This document shows, in pieces, positions 42,200-56,181 of a DNA stretch of 64,000 nucleotides. The stretch comes from Eledone cirrhosa. Lineage: Eukaryota. Under the pieces are notes generated by a model. The model made no database searches and had not been told where the DNA came from. It worked only from the letters and a program-made list of their open reading frames with translations. The translations under genes and the position numbers were made by a program. Within the stretch, counting starts at the first letter, position 1. Each line of letters starts with the position of its first letter. The stretch covers positions 57,722,001 to 57,786,000 of the forward strand of contig OZ024745.1 of assembly GCA_964016885.1 (NCBI GenBank). The letters are read 5' to 3'.

Positions 42200-42252
42200 A
42201 TTTTATTATACATATTTCAGATGTACAACAGTACCTCCTCATCAGACAAAAT
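42200..42252 (-). ncRNA. Type I hammerhead, canonical core
   Basis: ATTTTGT-CTGATGA-GGAGGTAC(TGTT)GTACATCT-GAAA-TATGTA-TA-ATAAAAT. Confidence 0.85.
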
Positions 42253-42689
42253 ATAATGATACATGATATACCCTGAGATGTTAAATGGTTAAGATTTAAT
42301 CAAGGTAGTGATTAACCCAAGAGAAAGTTTAACATTTATACGCTAATAATGAGAAAATGCGAAAACGTAATAAATTCAATAGAGAATGTGTGAGTAAGAA
42401 AAACATTGCTTAATGGAACAATTATAGAGATTTTAAAATGTATGATACTACAATTTATCAGGGAAAGCGGTCAATGAGAGCCGTTGAGATAATATATATA
42501 TAGAGAGAGAGAGGGAATATATGTAGAAAGAGATTTTCCGAAAGTTAAACGGTTAAGTTTGAAAATATTTAACTTAAGCTATTTTAGGGTGAAGAATCAA
42601 GATTTTATGGGGTTTTTTTTTAAATTGCAGGTTATTTATTAGTTTTGTTAATTCAATAAGTGTTTTAACATTTCTAAACTTCAGAATTT

Positions 42690-42725
<36 letters not shown>

Positions 42726-42729
<4 letters not shown>

Positions 42730-44580
42730 AACAAAGTTCTTTCGTTGCACATCTGCAACATCATCAGTTGTACTATTATCATGTTTCCTCCTATTGTGTT
42801 GTGTTTACGCCATTTTTATTTTATTTATTTATTTATTTATTTTTGTCTCCATCTCTGCGCATGTGTTTGCGTGTGTGTATAATGTATGTGTTCGCGTTTG
42901 GGTGTATCTGTTTTGGTTTTTGTATTCTATCTTTGTTTATTAGAATGTGTTTATAAGTGTTTGTTGTTATTGTACTTGTGTACATATGTATTTATTTAGT
43001 CATTTATTTATATTTCTCTTAAGTCAGTATTGTTTGTTTGAGTGTTGTTGTTATTCCATTCATTTTTTTCTGTTTAACTTTGGCTTTCTAAGCTCTATTT
43101 CGCTCGCTTCTCTGATTTGCCTACCTCTTGGGCCATTTCTATGTTTAGATATTATTTTAATTTCTATGTTGTCTATGTTACCTTGCGTGTTCGTATAGTA
43201 CTGAACCATTTTTTCCCCTTTTAATTAACCGCCCCAGTGTTGGTCTATTCTTTCTCCTATGCTTCGAGCTGTCTCACCTATATTTGTCGTTGTCAGGTTT
43301 CTGCAGGTACCATCTGTACATCTTATGCTATAGACTACATTTCTAGTTTTACAGTTTATCTGGGGGTGCACTTTACATATAACACATTTCTTATTAGTAC
43401 AGTGGGTTTTCTTAAAGGGGTATGTTTTGCTGATCAGGAATTTTATGGTAGTTCCTGGCTTTTCTACCACTTTAATCTTTAAGTGTGTTAAGTGTGTCTT
43501 AGGGCTTTTCTACATTGGTTAGCTAATTTCCCCAAGGGGTAGCATCCACGAACGTAACACTCTGGTATCTCTGGTTGTCGTATCATAAGGTGGCTTTCCC
43601 TATCTTATGTTTAGTCCTATCCAAGCTACCCCTTGAGTTGCTCCTGTATAATGGGCAAATTCCTTTCGTATCCAGTTCTATGAGGGACTTATACTTCCCC
43701 GTGGCTCCTTTGTATACCCTGATTCTGTCTCTTTGGTTGTAGCCAGAGAACTGCATGCGGTTGATGAACTGTTGAATGTGTCTTTCCATTTCTGTTGGGT
43801 CCCACGTGCGCGACACGTTCTTCATCAATCGTACCAAGTCTGCGATCATAATATTAAACTTAGCACTACTGGACATTGCTGAGTTTTTGAGTCTCAGATA
43901 TTTGGAGGCCATGTGTTTAGCATAGTGTGAGTGGAGAATTTGGGCCCTCTTGTCTATAGTGTTAATCCAGAGTTCCGTGTCTAATACCGGTAGTCTATTG
44001 TTAGGGTGTTTGGAGGTTAGTCAACAGATATAGTTATAATCTGGTGTATGGAGTTCCATTGTGCTATATTCTAAATCATGTTCGTTAGTACTCTCTTGTG
44101 GGGGTGTTCTTATTACTATATTAATACCGTCTACGTAATGAGAGTACATGACGAGGTCTATGGAGCTCTCTTCAAGATCTTTGAGTCTCCTTTCCCACCA
44201 TACCATAAACAGATTGGTAATATCACCAGCTATGCTGATGCCAATGGCTGCTCCCTCATTCTGGGTGTAGATCTTTTCATTGAATGTAAACATATGGCCC
44301 TTTAGGGTAGTTTTAATACTAGCCCCTATAACATGCGCGACCATTTTTCTCACCTGATCATAGTTTTGGTCCACCCATTCCACCTTCCCATGGGAGTCCT
44401 TTTTGCCATTAAGGTTATGGTGGGGGGGGTCTACCTATTATGTGTCTAGTGGGGCAGAAATGGCTAAGGTCAGGGCTATCTAGTTACTCGGTGTCATAAG
44501 TAAATCTATGTAGGAGGCCCAGTTCAACTGTGTCGACATCGTAGAACTCCACCTCACTTTCACTGATTATTTCCACACGA
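42726..44580 (-). mobile_element. Decayed Penelope-like element (RT, thumb, Cys linker, GIY-YIG) with a 3' HHR; Nematis/Neptune-like by inference
   Basis: IYTQNEGAAIGISIAG..YSHYVDGINIV; LVRLMKNVS..MQFSGY; CTNKKCVIC..CKTRNVVYSIRC..IGETARSIGER. Confidence 0.88.
42731..42771 (-). ncRNA. Hammerhead at the PLE 3' end, apparently one nucleotide short at the cleavage site
   Basis: ACAA-CTGATGA-T-GTTGCA(GATG)TGCAAC-GAAA-GAAC-T-TTGT. Confidence 0.7.
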
Positions 44581-44813
44581 TTTTATATCAAAAACTTATG
44601 TGTGTGTGGGTGTGGGTGCATGTGTGTGGGCGTGTGTGTGTGAGGGGTGTTTGTGTGTGTGTGTGTGTGCGTGTGTAATATAGTTGTCTCAACGTAATTG
44701 ATTATATCAGCAGTCGATTCTGATGGATAATAGCTGAGAGAATATGGCAGTGGTCAAAATTTAGAAAAGTGCGTCCGGAGGAACCAAGCACCGCATTCTT
44801 CACGATTGAGGTG

Positions 44814-45016
44814 ATTGCATTAAACGTTACACTAAAAGGTCCATTAAATTGCATTAAACGTTACACTAAAAGGTCCATTAAATTGCATTAAACGTTACAC
44901 TAAAAGGTCCATTAAATTGCATTAAACGTTACACTAAAAGGTCCATTAAATTGCATTAAACGTTACACTAAAAGGTCCATTAAATTGCATTAAACGTTAC
45001 ACTAAAGGTCCATTAA
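44814..45016. repeat. 34-bp minisatellite, 6 copies
   Basis: ATTGCATTAAACGTTACACTAAAAGGTCCATTAA head-to-tail with no spacers; the last copy lacks one A. Confidence 0.97.
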
Positions 45017-46895
45017 ATGTCATCTTTTAGATGATTTTAAGCCTGTAGCTAGAAGTGTGAACAATGACTTTACGTATCTTTCGTTGATCAACATTGAAAT
45101 GTATTTGTTTCAATATTAATTTCAATAGCTATAGTCTATCACTATAAATATAATATTTATATATACATGTGTGTGTATTTGTTTGTGTGTGTGTGTGGGG
45201 GGGGGGTCCGTCTGTCTGGGTGTCTGTGTATTCGGCTGTCTGAAATCCTTCAATTTGAATACAGGATCTCGTTGTTGATCCAAATACCACACTTTCTCTT
45301 ACCTGCTGTCCACAATATGGATACTAATAGATCTCACGTTAGAGATGTACACGCCTTGCTTTGTAGCCTGTGTGAAAACATGCTAAACGGTTTTTCTCGT
45401 AAAGGATTCAAAACATGTACTAATTTATGGGCTATATCATCACCATCATTCTAAAAACAGTTATTTGTCAAGCTTTTTCTTGCAGGAACATGTTGAAAAT
45501 AAATAATTTCTGAATCCGATCATACCCAACAGCATATTAACTGGGTTAATGAATTACGTTGACCACTTCCATAGAATATCAAATCATAAACAATGCGAGT
45601 GTCATCTACAGCGACCATTACAGATTTAAAGCTGAGATTACCACGTAAATATATGAAAAATTTGAGAGTAAATAGATTTGCAAGACATCACATTCGAGCA
45701 ACGCAGTCTAACATTGTGGCATCACAATGTCAATACTAGTCTACGTCTCATATTACCCTTTCTGGAGTTGCTTTAAATATGCTGCTATCTTTGAAAGTAT
45801 TAATGAATTCAATAAACGCAAAATATTATCAGGAAGGAATACCAATGTCACCGATAATGATACATTCATACACTTGCGCTCAATTACCGGCTGCTTCTAT
45901 GTATATATATATATATATATATATATACTCATTTACCTGTACCAGCCATCCGGCTGAGGCCATGCAGGGGCACCACCATTGAAATTGTGAGCCTCGTACC
46001 AGTGCATATATGGATATATATATATGCATCGGTATCGATGCTTTAATATGATATGATTTCAAATATACATAGCGGTTAGAAGTAAAGAGTAATTTATGTT
46101 GTTGATTTTTCAAATTAATTAGCATAGTTTATAGTTTATTTTGTAATGTACTTAGTGATTTTGATTCATTTCTTGCCTAAATTAATCCTATTCCTTTTAG
46201 ATTAAATAATATATCGATGATATTGGCTATCGTTTTCACTCGCCTTAGAGTAAGTTCTGAAATTAATACAAACAATGTAAGAGATATTATTATAATCAAA
46301 TATACATTAATTTCGTGTCATTGTCTTTTTTCCCTCTTTAACTTCAGATTGGCGTTTGATATATAGAATTGAATATAATAAGGAGCGGAAAACGTGACAT
46401 CTCATTCGTGATAGTTTGAAATATGTGTGAAACAATAGTATACGCTAGTAAATGTCGACTATAGATATGAGTTCGAAAGGATTTATTGTATTAAAATTTT
46501 CGTTTTCTTTTTATATTTACTAAACGATCCGAATACTTGACTGTTCAAACGAAAATTTAACGTTGACTCAAGACAATCAATTATACAAATTTGTTTCCGG
46601 CTCTGTAGAATATTTATATCGTTGATGTGTTGTTGGTACTTTGTTTTTCTCAAGCTTTCAAGTATGAACTTGTCTTGGTAAAAGTTGCATTACGTCTTTC
46701 TTGCTATATTTTTCTAAATTGATGTGTGAACACGCACTTGTACAAATAGGCGAATGCACACCATCACCGCCCCCCGCCCATATATACATATCTCTATATA
46801 TATATATATATCTATCTCTCTCTCTATATATATATATATATAAGAAGAAATTAAAGATGTTTAAAAAAGTTCCATATATATTATTATGGGCATTT

Positions 46896-46931
<36 letters not shown>

Positions 46932-46938
<7 letters not shown>

Positions 46939-47261
46939 AATAAGATAACAAGGACGATTGGTTACTCTTTCATTACGTTTATTGGTTGGTGACGCGCGTT
47001 TCGCCACTGACCAGATCAAGGTTCGGTCTGTATCGCTCTGACCTGACTGTGTAATCTGTGGCTCGTCAGATCGAACCTTGAGCTGGGCAGTGGCGAAACG
47101 TGCGTCACCAACCAATAAACGTAATGAAGGAGTAACCAATCGTGCTTGTTATTTTATTTAACTATAATACACTCTGTACAGCTCTACACCTCGACACTGA
47201 AGTGAACCTAAACATCGATTGCTCACCCGGGTGAACCTACAGTAACTCCAAGTTACACTCC

Positions 47262-47264
<3 letters not shown>
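46932..47264. mobile_element. HHR family A inverted pair; intact-core HHR at 46988-47070 on minus
   Basis: T-CTGACGA-GCCAC-(long loop)-GTGGC-GAAA-CGCGCG-TC-ACC; arms 46932-47030 and 47067-47166; (TA)n on both sides. Confidence 0.88.
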
Positions 47265-47319
<55 letters not shown>

Positions 47320-48149
47320 GGAGGGGCGTGTGTGTGTGTGGCTGTAATATATTTTGCTAGTTTTTCATTCACCTTTGAACGTTGGACATTCCTTTGAGCA
47401 GATGATGACAAGAAACAAATTAAGTCAACCTGAGCCGAATGGTATGAATTTTACAAAGGCACTGAGCAACATTTACACTATAAAGAACCACTTGTGTAAT
47501 TTGTGCTTTGTGTTTACAGTTATTCATACAACAACACCACAGCACAGACATACCCCCCCCCCCCTCATACAAACACATATGCAAACATACAATGTTTAGG
47601 TGAAACATTATATGTATTAATCCTTCTCGTGATTGCCAGGGTCGAACAGGATTTTTTAATGTCTACATGTAAGTGTGAGTGTGTATGTTCCTGTTGCGTA
47701 TATATAATAGTACAGTTTCTCCTTTATCTGGGCGAAGAGTAGAGAAGCAGATATTAACAGATAACCTCATAAGTGGATATGGATATATAAGTAACAATAT
47801 ACCTCGATGCATTTATACAAGAGTTCAGTGTATCTTTACAGGAACCAAACATTACGATCTACTCATGAACGTAAACATTCACTCACAGATATACCAGCAA
47901 TATGACAACACTAATACATCCACAATCAATTGAAGATTATCTGTGCCTGTATGCCTTTGCAAAGTCTTAACCCACAATCAAACCAAAACTTTCACTTATG
48001 TACCCATCACATGCTTACTCCTACATCCACGTTTCTGCGTCATATGCCAATGCACATATATGTCCCACCCACACATTCATTTTTATCAGCATGATATGGA
48101 CGTACGAAGACGCTGCAGATGCGAGGTGAGCTTATACATCTGATTGGAA

Positions 48150-49425
48150 CTCTATCTGTGTTTGCAAGTAAAGGCGCAGAGAAGTGGAAGAATACGGTTT
48201 TGCGTGTAATTTTCGGATCTTTTTTTTATAGTACAAGCTATTGATTCTAGGTATCAGTTTTGTGTTCCGGAATTCCGTTATCAATTTTCTGCTATCCTGG
48301 TTTGAATTCTGGTAATTGAACATGAATATTTTTTTCGGTTACAATAAGGTGTCTGTGTTAGTCTCTATTCTTCCTCGTTGGTGTGTAATCTCAGCTCGTC
48401 TTACCAGTGTATCTGTTTAAAGGGATGATATGTCAATAGATTTACAAAACGCTTATCTAATAGGATGAGGAAGATTCTGGTTACGTTTGATTTAGATAGT
48501 TGTTTCAAGGAACTAGTTTATATTACGTGCTGTTCTTTCTTATTTCATTTCAAATTATATTGTTTAGAGCCTATACATATCAAACACCTTATAAGCACTG
48601 ACATTTTTGCATTTCACCTGTCAAAGATTTTTGTTTATTTTTGGCAAAAACTTTGGAGATCCTACTACTAATGTGTTTAACTAAGTACTTGAATGATGAA
48701 AGTGGCTGGGTTGAACTTGTTTTGATATACCCGACCTTCTCATTTTATGCGTGTTTATAGGCCATTTACTCTGTTTGGGGGAACCATCTGAATAAATTAA
48801 TGAAAAGTTAGATCATGTATTTTATGCATTTGTTCAAGTTATTGCCGTTGTCGATATTGGTTAAAGCAAATGCATTGTCACCTTAAATGCGGTGATATAC
48901 ATTAAGGTATGTATAAAGAATACGTCACAATGATGTCATACACATCTGCACTTTCAAAAAAAACCATCTTAACATTGAAGCACCTGGCCGAATCCGATGT
49001 TATTACTCAGATTTGACCTTTTCAAAACTTAGATTCTTCCTACCGTGCAAAATTATTTTTGGTGTCCTTCCTGTCAATATTTCTGTAGTACTTTAAACGA
49101 TTTAAGGAATGCATGGTAGCTGTTGGGTTGTGAAAGGTTACAAACTTATATCAGAATTTGTGAAACTAGCATTGTGTTTGTGATATGTTGCTAAACCTGT
49201 CAATTGTTCCGATACTTTTATCACCTTGCAGTGATCTACTTGCCCTTGTATTTATTTTAAGAATATTGCTGACTAAGCTGATTCAAGTCTTGCTGGTTAA
49301 TTAACCTGCATATTGTGCTTGTTTCAAATTCTCCTTTCTGGTCCTTAATTGTTAGTATTTCTTACCTAGATTTCATTTCAAGTTGAATTATGTTTGTTTA
49401 AGTCCTTTATTTTCTCCAGCAAACC
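48150..49425 (-). mobile_element. Old, heavily decayed PLE reverse transcriptase region
   Basis: Fragments TIKDQKGEFETSTICRLIN, IILHGRKNLSF, FNVKM, VKHISSRISK and RIFLILLDKRF in the order expected for WFNPP-type PLEs. Confidence 0.7.
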
Positions 49426-51513
49426 TCTCATTCAATCAATAGAGACTCATATGAGCATGGGTTTCGTTGCAATATCTTAAAGCTCACGGACACTAACGCA
49501 TTCTTGTATATGTTCATCGTATTCGGAAGGTTATTTTGCGTGTATAGCTCAACGCGTTCTTGCATGTAATCATGCATCCAAAGAATGCATATGCTTGTGT
49601 GAATGTATGTTAGAGAGTTTCTTTTCAAAAGCGCGTGTGTGTATTTTCAGGTAGTCTGTATTTTATATTTAACATGGTATAAAACTCTTCGAATATTTCC
49701 TAAAGTTACTTATCTATATATCATACCAGAACAATAACGTTTGGCTTATTCCCGAGACAGTCATAATAGGATATTTGCAGCTGATATGACTGAACTATAG
49801 ATGCTTTTGTATACATAAAGACATAATAGCACGAAGCAAATTGTAATGTAAACATCGTATAATCATCGTATCATGATATAATTGTATGCTTGAGCGTAGA
49901 CACATTTGTTGGTGTAAATCTTAATTTCGTTATTGAGGAAAAGATAGAAATGGAGACACAGAGTCGGTTCTTTTACAATATTTCAGTTTGTTTGTCAAAA
50001 CAAACATTTACAATGTAACTGTGTATTTCAAATGGGATATGAGTAAGCATTGTAGGTTTTGTAAAATAATAGCGTACACTAAAATATGAGTTTTAATGAT
50101 CATTTTACGATCGTCCCTGTATTAGAGAATGGACATTCTGGAAACGTGTATTATAATCTGTAATTTAATATAGATTAGTTAATGTTTGTGTGGTTTATCT
50201 ATTTCACCCCCTCCCCTCTTATATTTATGTAAAAATGTTCGCTCATCACCTTCTGTTTCACTTCATTGTTGTTCCATCTCGCATTCACTTTTATTTGGCA
50301 TTTTTTCAATCGATAATTTTTGTATTGGTGGTGCGGTGGTAATGTTGTTGTGGTGATGGTGGAGGTTGTGGTGCATGTGTGATAATGTGGTGGTAACGGT
50401 GGAGTGAGAAATTTGGAGATGGGGTGTGATGACAGATTTTGCGTATGGGTGGGGGGGGGTTAGTGGTGTGCTTGTGCTTAGGTGGAAGAGGATATAAATT
50501 GATATGTTGGTGAGTGGTGGAATATTATGTGCATTCTCATTATCATTTATGAGGTTTGGCGGAAGGATCGGCGCCCATGAACTATGTCGATTATCTAAGA
50601 GCAATGAGACAGAGGGTGTCGACCTTCAAATGAGATTCTTGTAAATCGACATATGTATGCAAATACATAATTACGCATACATCCGACCATACATACAAAC
50701 ACACATACACATATGCATATTTACCTCTGAAATACCTCTCGCTATTCTAGATATATATTATTTGAGCTGGAAATAAATTTCGGAACACCTTACATTGTTT
50801 TATTAACTTATATAATTGACTATATACACACACATATATATATATATATATATGTAAGAGGAACCAATACACTCTGTTTTGAGGCACTATGCAATACATA
50901 CTTCACAGACTTGTGTGCGTCACAAAAAAAGAATTGTGAACATATAGGCTTCAGACATACGCTACTTTGCGTGCTATCGTAACTTTTGAGCTCTGGAACA
51001 TATCTATTTACCATTGCCTAGAATGAACGAATGTGTTTTAGTAAAATTGGTTTGATGGAAACTGTATGTCTAAAGTAGAGTTTTCCCTGTAATGCAAAGG
51101 TCCAGTCGAAAGCTGAATATTCTTGAGGATAAATTGAATCTATATGCGTTTGGGGGAATACTGAGCTATTTACTAAATGATGCAATGGGGAATTAGTGCA
51201 ATTTATCGTACTACTGAACGTTCATAGTAAACACGAAGGGAGACGTATTTACTTCTATATAATACACGAAATTTGGAAATTTGGAAATAATTTAGAAATA
51301 ATTGATCTGGTTCAGATAGACATATATATACACACATATACATATATATATATACACACATATATATATTCAGATAGACATATATATATACACACATATA
51401 TATATACATATATATATACACACATATATATATATACATATATATATACATATAATACACATATATATATATATATATATATGATATATTTTATGTATAT
51501 ATATAGTTTTATG

Positions 51514-51607
<94 letters not shown>

Positions 51608-51630
51608 GCATATATATATATATATATATA

Positions 51631-51671
<41 letters not shown>

Positions 51672-51689
51672 GCATATATATATATATAA

Positions 51690-51824
51690 GTATGTATACG
51701 TACATACATATATGTATACAGACCTACAGTAGTATGTATATATATATACATATATACACACACACATATATATATATATAAGTAGGTATACGTACACACA
51801 TATATGTATACAGACGTACTGTAG

Positions 51825-51856
<32 letters not shown>

Positions 51857-52042
51857 CATGCACACATATATATATGTACGTATGGATTGACCGAACATTT
51901 ATTATCATGTTCGGTGTGTTTGTAAACACACATCCCGAATTAAGCCGTACAGTGTCTAGCAACCATCGTTGCTCATTTGTTCAACCCTAACAGCCGTACT
52001 AAGAGTGAGAAATGAAATTTCGTTTCATTTTTTTCCGTTTAT
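51690..52042. mobile_element. Inverted/rearranged sister of the 30190-30736 unit
   Basis: 51850-51985 is the reverse complement of ~30480-30615; 51989-52042 is a direct copy of 30683-30736. Confidence 0.85.
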
Positions 52043-52072
52043 ATATATATATATACACATATATATATATAT

Positions 52073-52123
<51 letters not shown>

Positions 52124-52421
52124 TATATACACACACACATATATATATATATCTATATATATATAAATGAAAGGTATAGAAAACATTGTAGCGAAAAGCC
52201 AACAGTATTCCATAATACATAAGTGACGACAGCGTCAAAATGGGAAAAATAGTTAACGTAAGATGTGTGAAAAATAATTCAAACTCATCTCAAAGAGAAT
52301 CAGGATATAGATTCATCCACAGAATTTAGTGAAATCCAGGGAAAAATCAATAGAGCCTTAACTCATGATAAAATAAAGTTTAAAATACTCATCCTTCAAT
52401 TTGGAAAAACTTCAAATGATC

Positions 52422-52860
<439 letters not shown>

Positions 52861-53089
52861 CGGATTAACAAATAATAATAGTTAAATGCAGTCCACTCAG
52901 GTGAAGTCCAGTTATGGTATTACAGTTAGTGGATGATATTAACGCTTGGCTTGGTTTGACTCAACAAGGCGTTTTCATAGTGATGTTGCGGGTATGATGT
53001 AATTCCTATGTTGTAAACACTTGGAGTAATAATAAATCAGGAAAGAAGGTTTACATGGTTTGCTATACAAAAAAGTTTTTAATCACATA

Positions 53090-53195
53090 GCTTACATTTG
53101 TTTCACTGAACTGGTATGTCTAGAGATCGCTATCCGCTTAATTTTGCGTTACTCGATCGCCAATACAGAATTATAACCAGTCAGATCTTCGGAGC
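53090..53195 (-). ncRNA. Hammerhead-like motif with U4C core and 81-nt stem-loop II
   Basis: GCT-CCGAAGA-TCTGACTGG...CCAGTTCAGT-GAAA-CAAATG-TA-AGC. Confidence 0.65.
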
Positions 53196-53580
53196 ATGCG
53201 AGAATGAAGAAAATACACAGGCAAGAAAAGAAAAGAAAATACAGGCTACTATATGGAGTAGTAATGGCATTCAATTAGAACAATAACAACAATTACAACA
53301 ATGCTATCAATAAATTATTTAAGGAGACCCTGACATTACTTAGGTGGGGGGTATATAATGTATCTAATGTTACGGCGTGAAAACTAGCTGTCATAAGGCA
53401 AAATGAAGCGTTGACATGTACAGAGTATCGTAGTGTGTATCAATTTTAAATTATAAAGATAAGCTAGTTTTTACAGTCTTTCTCTTCATCTTCAACAGTA
53501 TACATGAGTGGGACCACTGTCAAAGCTAAATAGTTGTAGAGTTAATACAGAGGTTAACGAATTAATATACGCATATATCT

Positions 53581-53645
<65 letters not shown>

Positions 53646-54015
53646 AATATATATACACATATATACACATGCATGTGTACATAGACACATACATACACAT
53701 CAATATACACTCGTACAAAAATATACATACATGCAAAGAGAAAAGCGTGCTAATTGTAATTATGGCAAAAAGAAGGTAAAGTAACATTGTAATAGTGAAA
53801 TGAGAAAAACTAGGATCTAGGATCAAATGATTGCAGCAGCTGAGAAGGAGTAAGATTGTTGGTAGATGAGGTACTTACAGACAATTGTGTGGTATAGACT
53901 TGTGAAGGATATAGTATACTTAATGAATATATTTCTGTGGGTAGTAGGTATCCTAATTTAAAGCTATGTTATGTTGGTTCGATTCACGGAGGTTTGAATC
54001 TTATGAATTTAGTGG

Positions 54016-54771
54016 CTATTCTATGTCTGCAGATCTTTCTAACTTATTATTAAGTAGCCTTTTAACATTTCTAAGGATATACAATAGCTCAAGATTACAC
54101 AGCCCGCAATAGGACATCCCTGTACTATAGGTTTTAGGAGCCGACAACTTCGACCAGTTGATAGTGTAGTTAGTGTTGCTGTCCTTCAATTCCCATATTT
54201 TTCTGGCGAGGGTGGTGGAACCCATAAGTGCACAGTTTTTCATTGAGTGCCTGTGCACATACCATCTTTTCTTAAAAGAACCCGCGGTGGATCCTATGTA
54301 ATTCCCGGTGGAGTTACCCGAGATGACAGTGCAGATGTACACCAGGCTCGAATCGAGACATCTGTTCGCCAATGGGCACCTATCCGGGAGGTGACAGTTG
54401 CAGTTTGAGGCGCTATCTTGTGCAGCTTTTACATTCCTATTTAGTACTCTGTTATAAGTGGGTTGTGATATATGCCCAATGGGGTTTTTCTGCTGCGCGT
54501 TTGTATGCGCTTGTGGTTGTGATGTTGTGATGAGTTTGTGCTTATGTATAGGTGCAATTGATTTACTTGAGATATTTCTGTGGTTGATCTTGCGTATGTG
54601 TGATTCTATGTTAGCTGCTGTTGAGAAAGAGAGTTTTATAGTAGATCTATTGAGTATTTTGTGATATCTATGCGAGATAGGGAAGTGTTTATCTATTAGT
54701 TTAAAGAATGTAGAGGGCAGTCTAGTTTTTATAGAGGAGTTGAATATTGGGTTGAACCATAGGTATTTTCT
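54016..54771 (-). pseudogene. C-terminal ~250 codons of a PLE polyprotein (open frame, start missing)
   Basis: YLWFNPIFNSSIKT..LIDKHFPISHRYHKILNR..CNCHLPDRCPLANRCL..LVYIC..YIGSTAGSFKKRWYVH..CGLCNLEL. Confidence 0.88.
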
Positions 54772-54895
54772 TTAGCGATCTCTAGACATACCACTTCAGT
54801 GAAACAAATGTAAGCTATGTGATTAAAAACTTTTTTGTATAGCAAACCATGTAAACCTTCTTTCCTGATTTACATATATATATATATATATATGT

Positions 54896-55042
54896 GTAGG
54901 AGGTGAGTTTTATTGTAGTACAATAAAGCAATGCAGATATCGGATGAGAAGCATTCTACAGTTTGTAGGAATGGAGTATACATAATATATAAGATCAAAA
55001 TACATGGAACTCTTTTAACCATCTTTTCATCTTATATATTAT
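54896..55042. mobile_element. pLTR tail of the 34699-34893 family with a small terminal inversion
   Basis: Direct match to 34699-34802, then an inverted copy of ~34785-34826. Confidence 0.8.
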
Positions 55043-55043
55043 A

Positions 55044-55074
<31 letters not shown>

Positions 55075-55087
55075 GTATATATATATA

Positions 55088-55147
<60 letters not shown>

Positions 55148-55150
55148 TAT

Positions 55151-55572
55151 TTAAAAGAATAGAGGTGTAACACACGAGTTGTGATATATTAGTAAAAGGA
55201 AAAGAAAATGCTGACAAATTGTTCCCAGTGAAAAATAGTTTAATTAGGAATAAGTAAAAATTAGTAATAAGTATTGGTTAGTATTCAGTTTTAGTTTTAA
55301 GTTTCTACCAGTTGCCCATTTCTAATGCTTTTCAAACATAATTTTGAGATGGGGCGCCCGTTATGGGTGCTCTAATCTGATTAGAGCAAACATCATGGGC
55401 GCTCTATCTCAAAATTATTTTTGAAAAGCATTAGAAATGCGCAACTGGTAAAAACTTAAAACTAAAACTGAATACTAACCAATACTTATTACTAATTTTT
55501 ACTTATTCCTAATTAAACTATTTTTCACTGGGAAAAATTTTCCAGCATTCTCTTTTCCTTTTACTAATATAT
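55151..55572. mobile_element. Long palindrome, ~194-bp arms (55184-55377 and 55379-55572)
   Basis: Centre GCTCTAATC-T-GATTAGAGC; same family as 39812-40097. Confidence 0.9.
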
Positions 55573-55677
55573 ATATATATCCAAAATTAAAATTAAGGGT
55601 TGTCATGTCTGAGAGACATGCGCCATATCCACCGTAGAATAAGCTCAAAGATTAGATCCGAGCATTACATATCAACT

Positions 55678-56079
55678 CGAAATAGATTGACATATATATA
55701 TATATAAAATAAATATATGAAACTATCACAGGGAATAATTTGTAAAGAATGTAAGCACACATAGCTAGGTAGGTAAATAATTAAAGTTTGACTAGAACTT
55801 CAATTATAGATACCTTTTTAAATGATTTTTTCTTCTCCTTTGGTGAACATCCAAGAAATTAACTGCTGTGATTTACGGATTAATAGGTGAAATATATTTC
55901 TTACTTAAAGAAATATATACAAAGGAAATTAATCATTTTAAAAGGTATCCATATTTGAAGTTCTAGTCAAACTTTAAATAGTTACCTACCTAGCTATGTG
56001 TGCTTACATTCTTTACAAATTATTCCCTGTGATTGTTTCATGTATTTATTTTATATATATATATATGTCAATCTATTTC
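55678..56079. repeat. Inverted repeat, ~150-bp arms, ~100-bp spacer
   Basis: 55678-55827 versus 55931-56079; (TA)n on the right. Confidence 0.88.
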
Positions 56080-56082
56080 TAG

Positions 56083-56181
<99 letters not shown>

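Larger units (their letters stand above)
52861..54872 (-). mobile_element. 5'-truncated PLE with an inverted pLTR piece at its 5' end
   Basis: Inverted repeats 53033-53132 and 54773-54872; GIY-YIG frame inside; (TA)n on both sides. Confidence 0.9.

Noticed and set aside
44814-45016. 34-bp repeats resembling a CRISPR array
   Set aside because: No spacers, no cas genes, eukaryotic context
48090-48125. Plus-strand 36-nt exon-like segment (ttttatcag|...GAG|gtgagc)
   Set aside because: Isolated, with no partner exons or recognisable peptide
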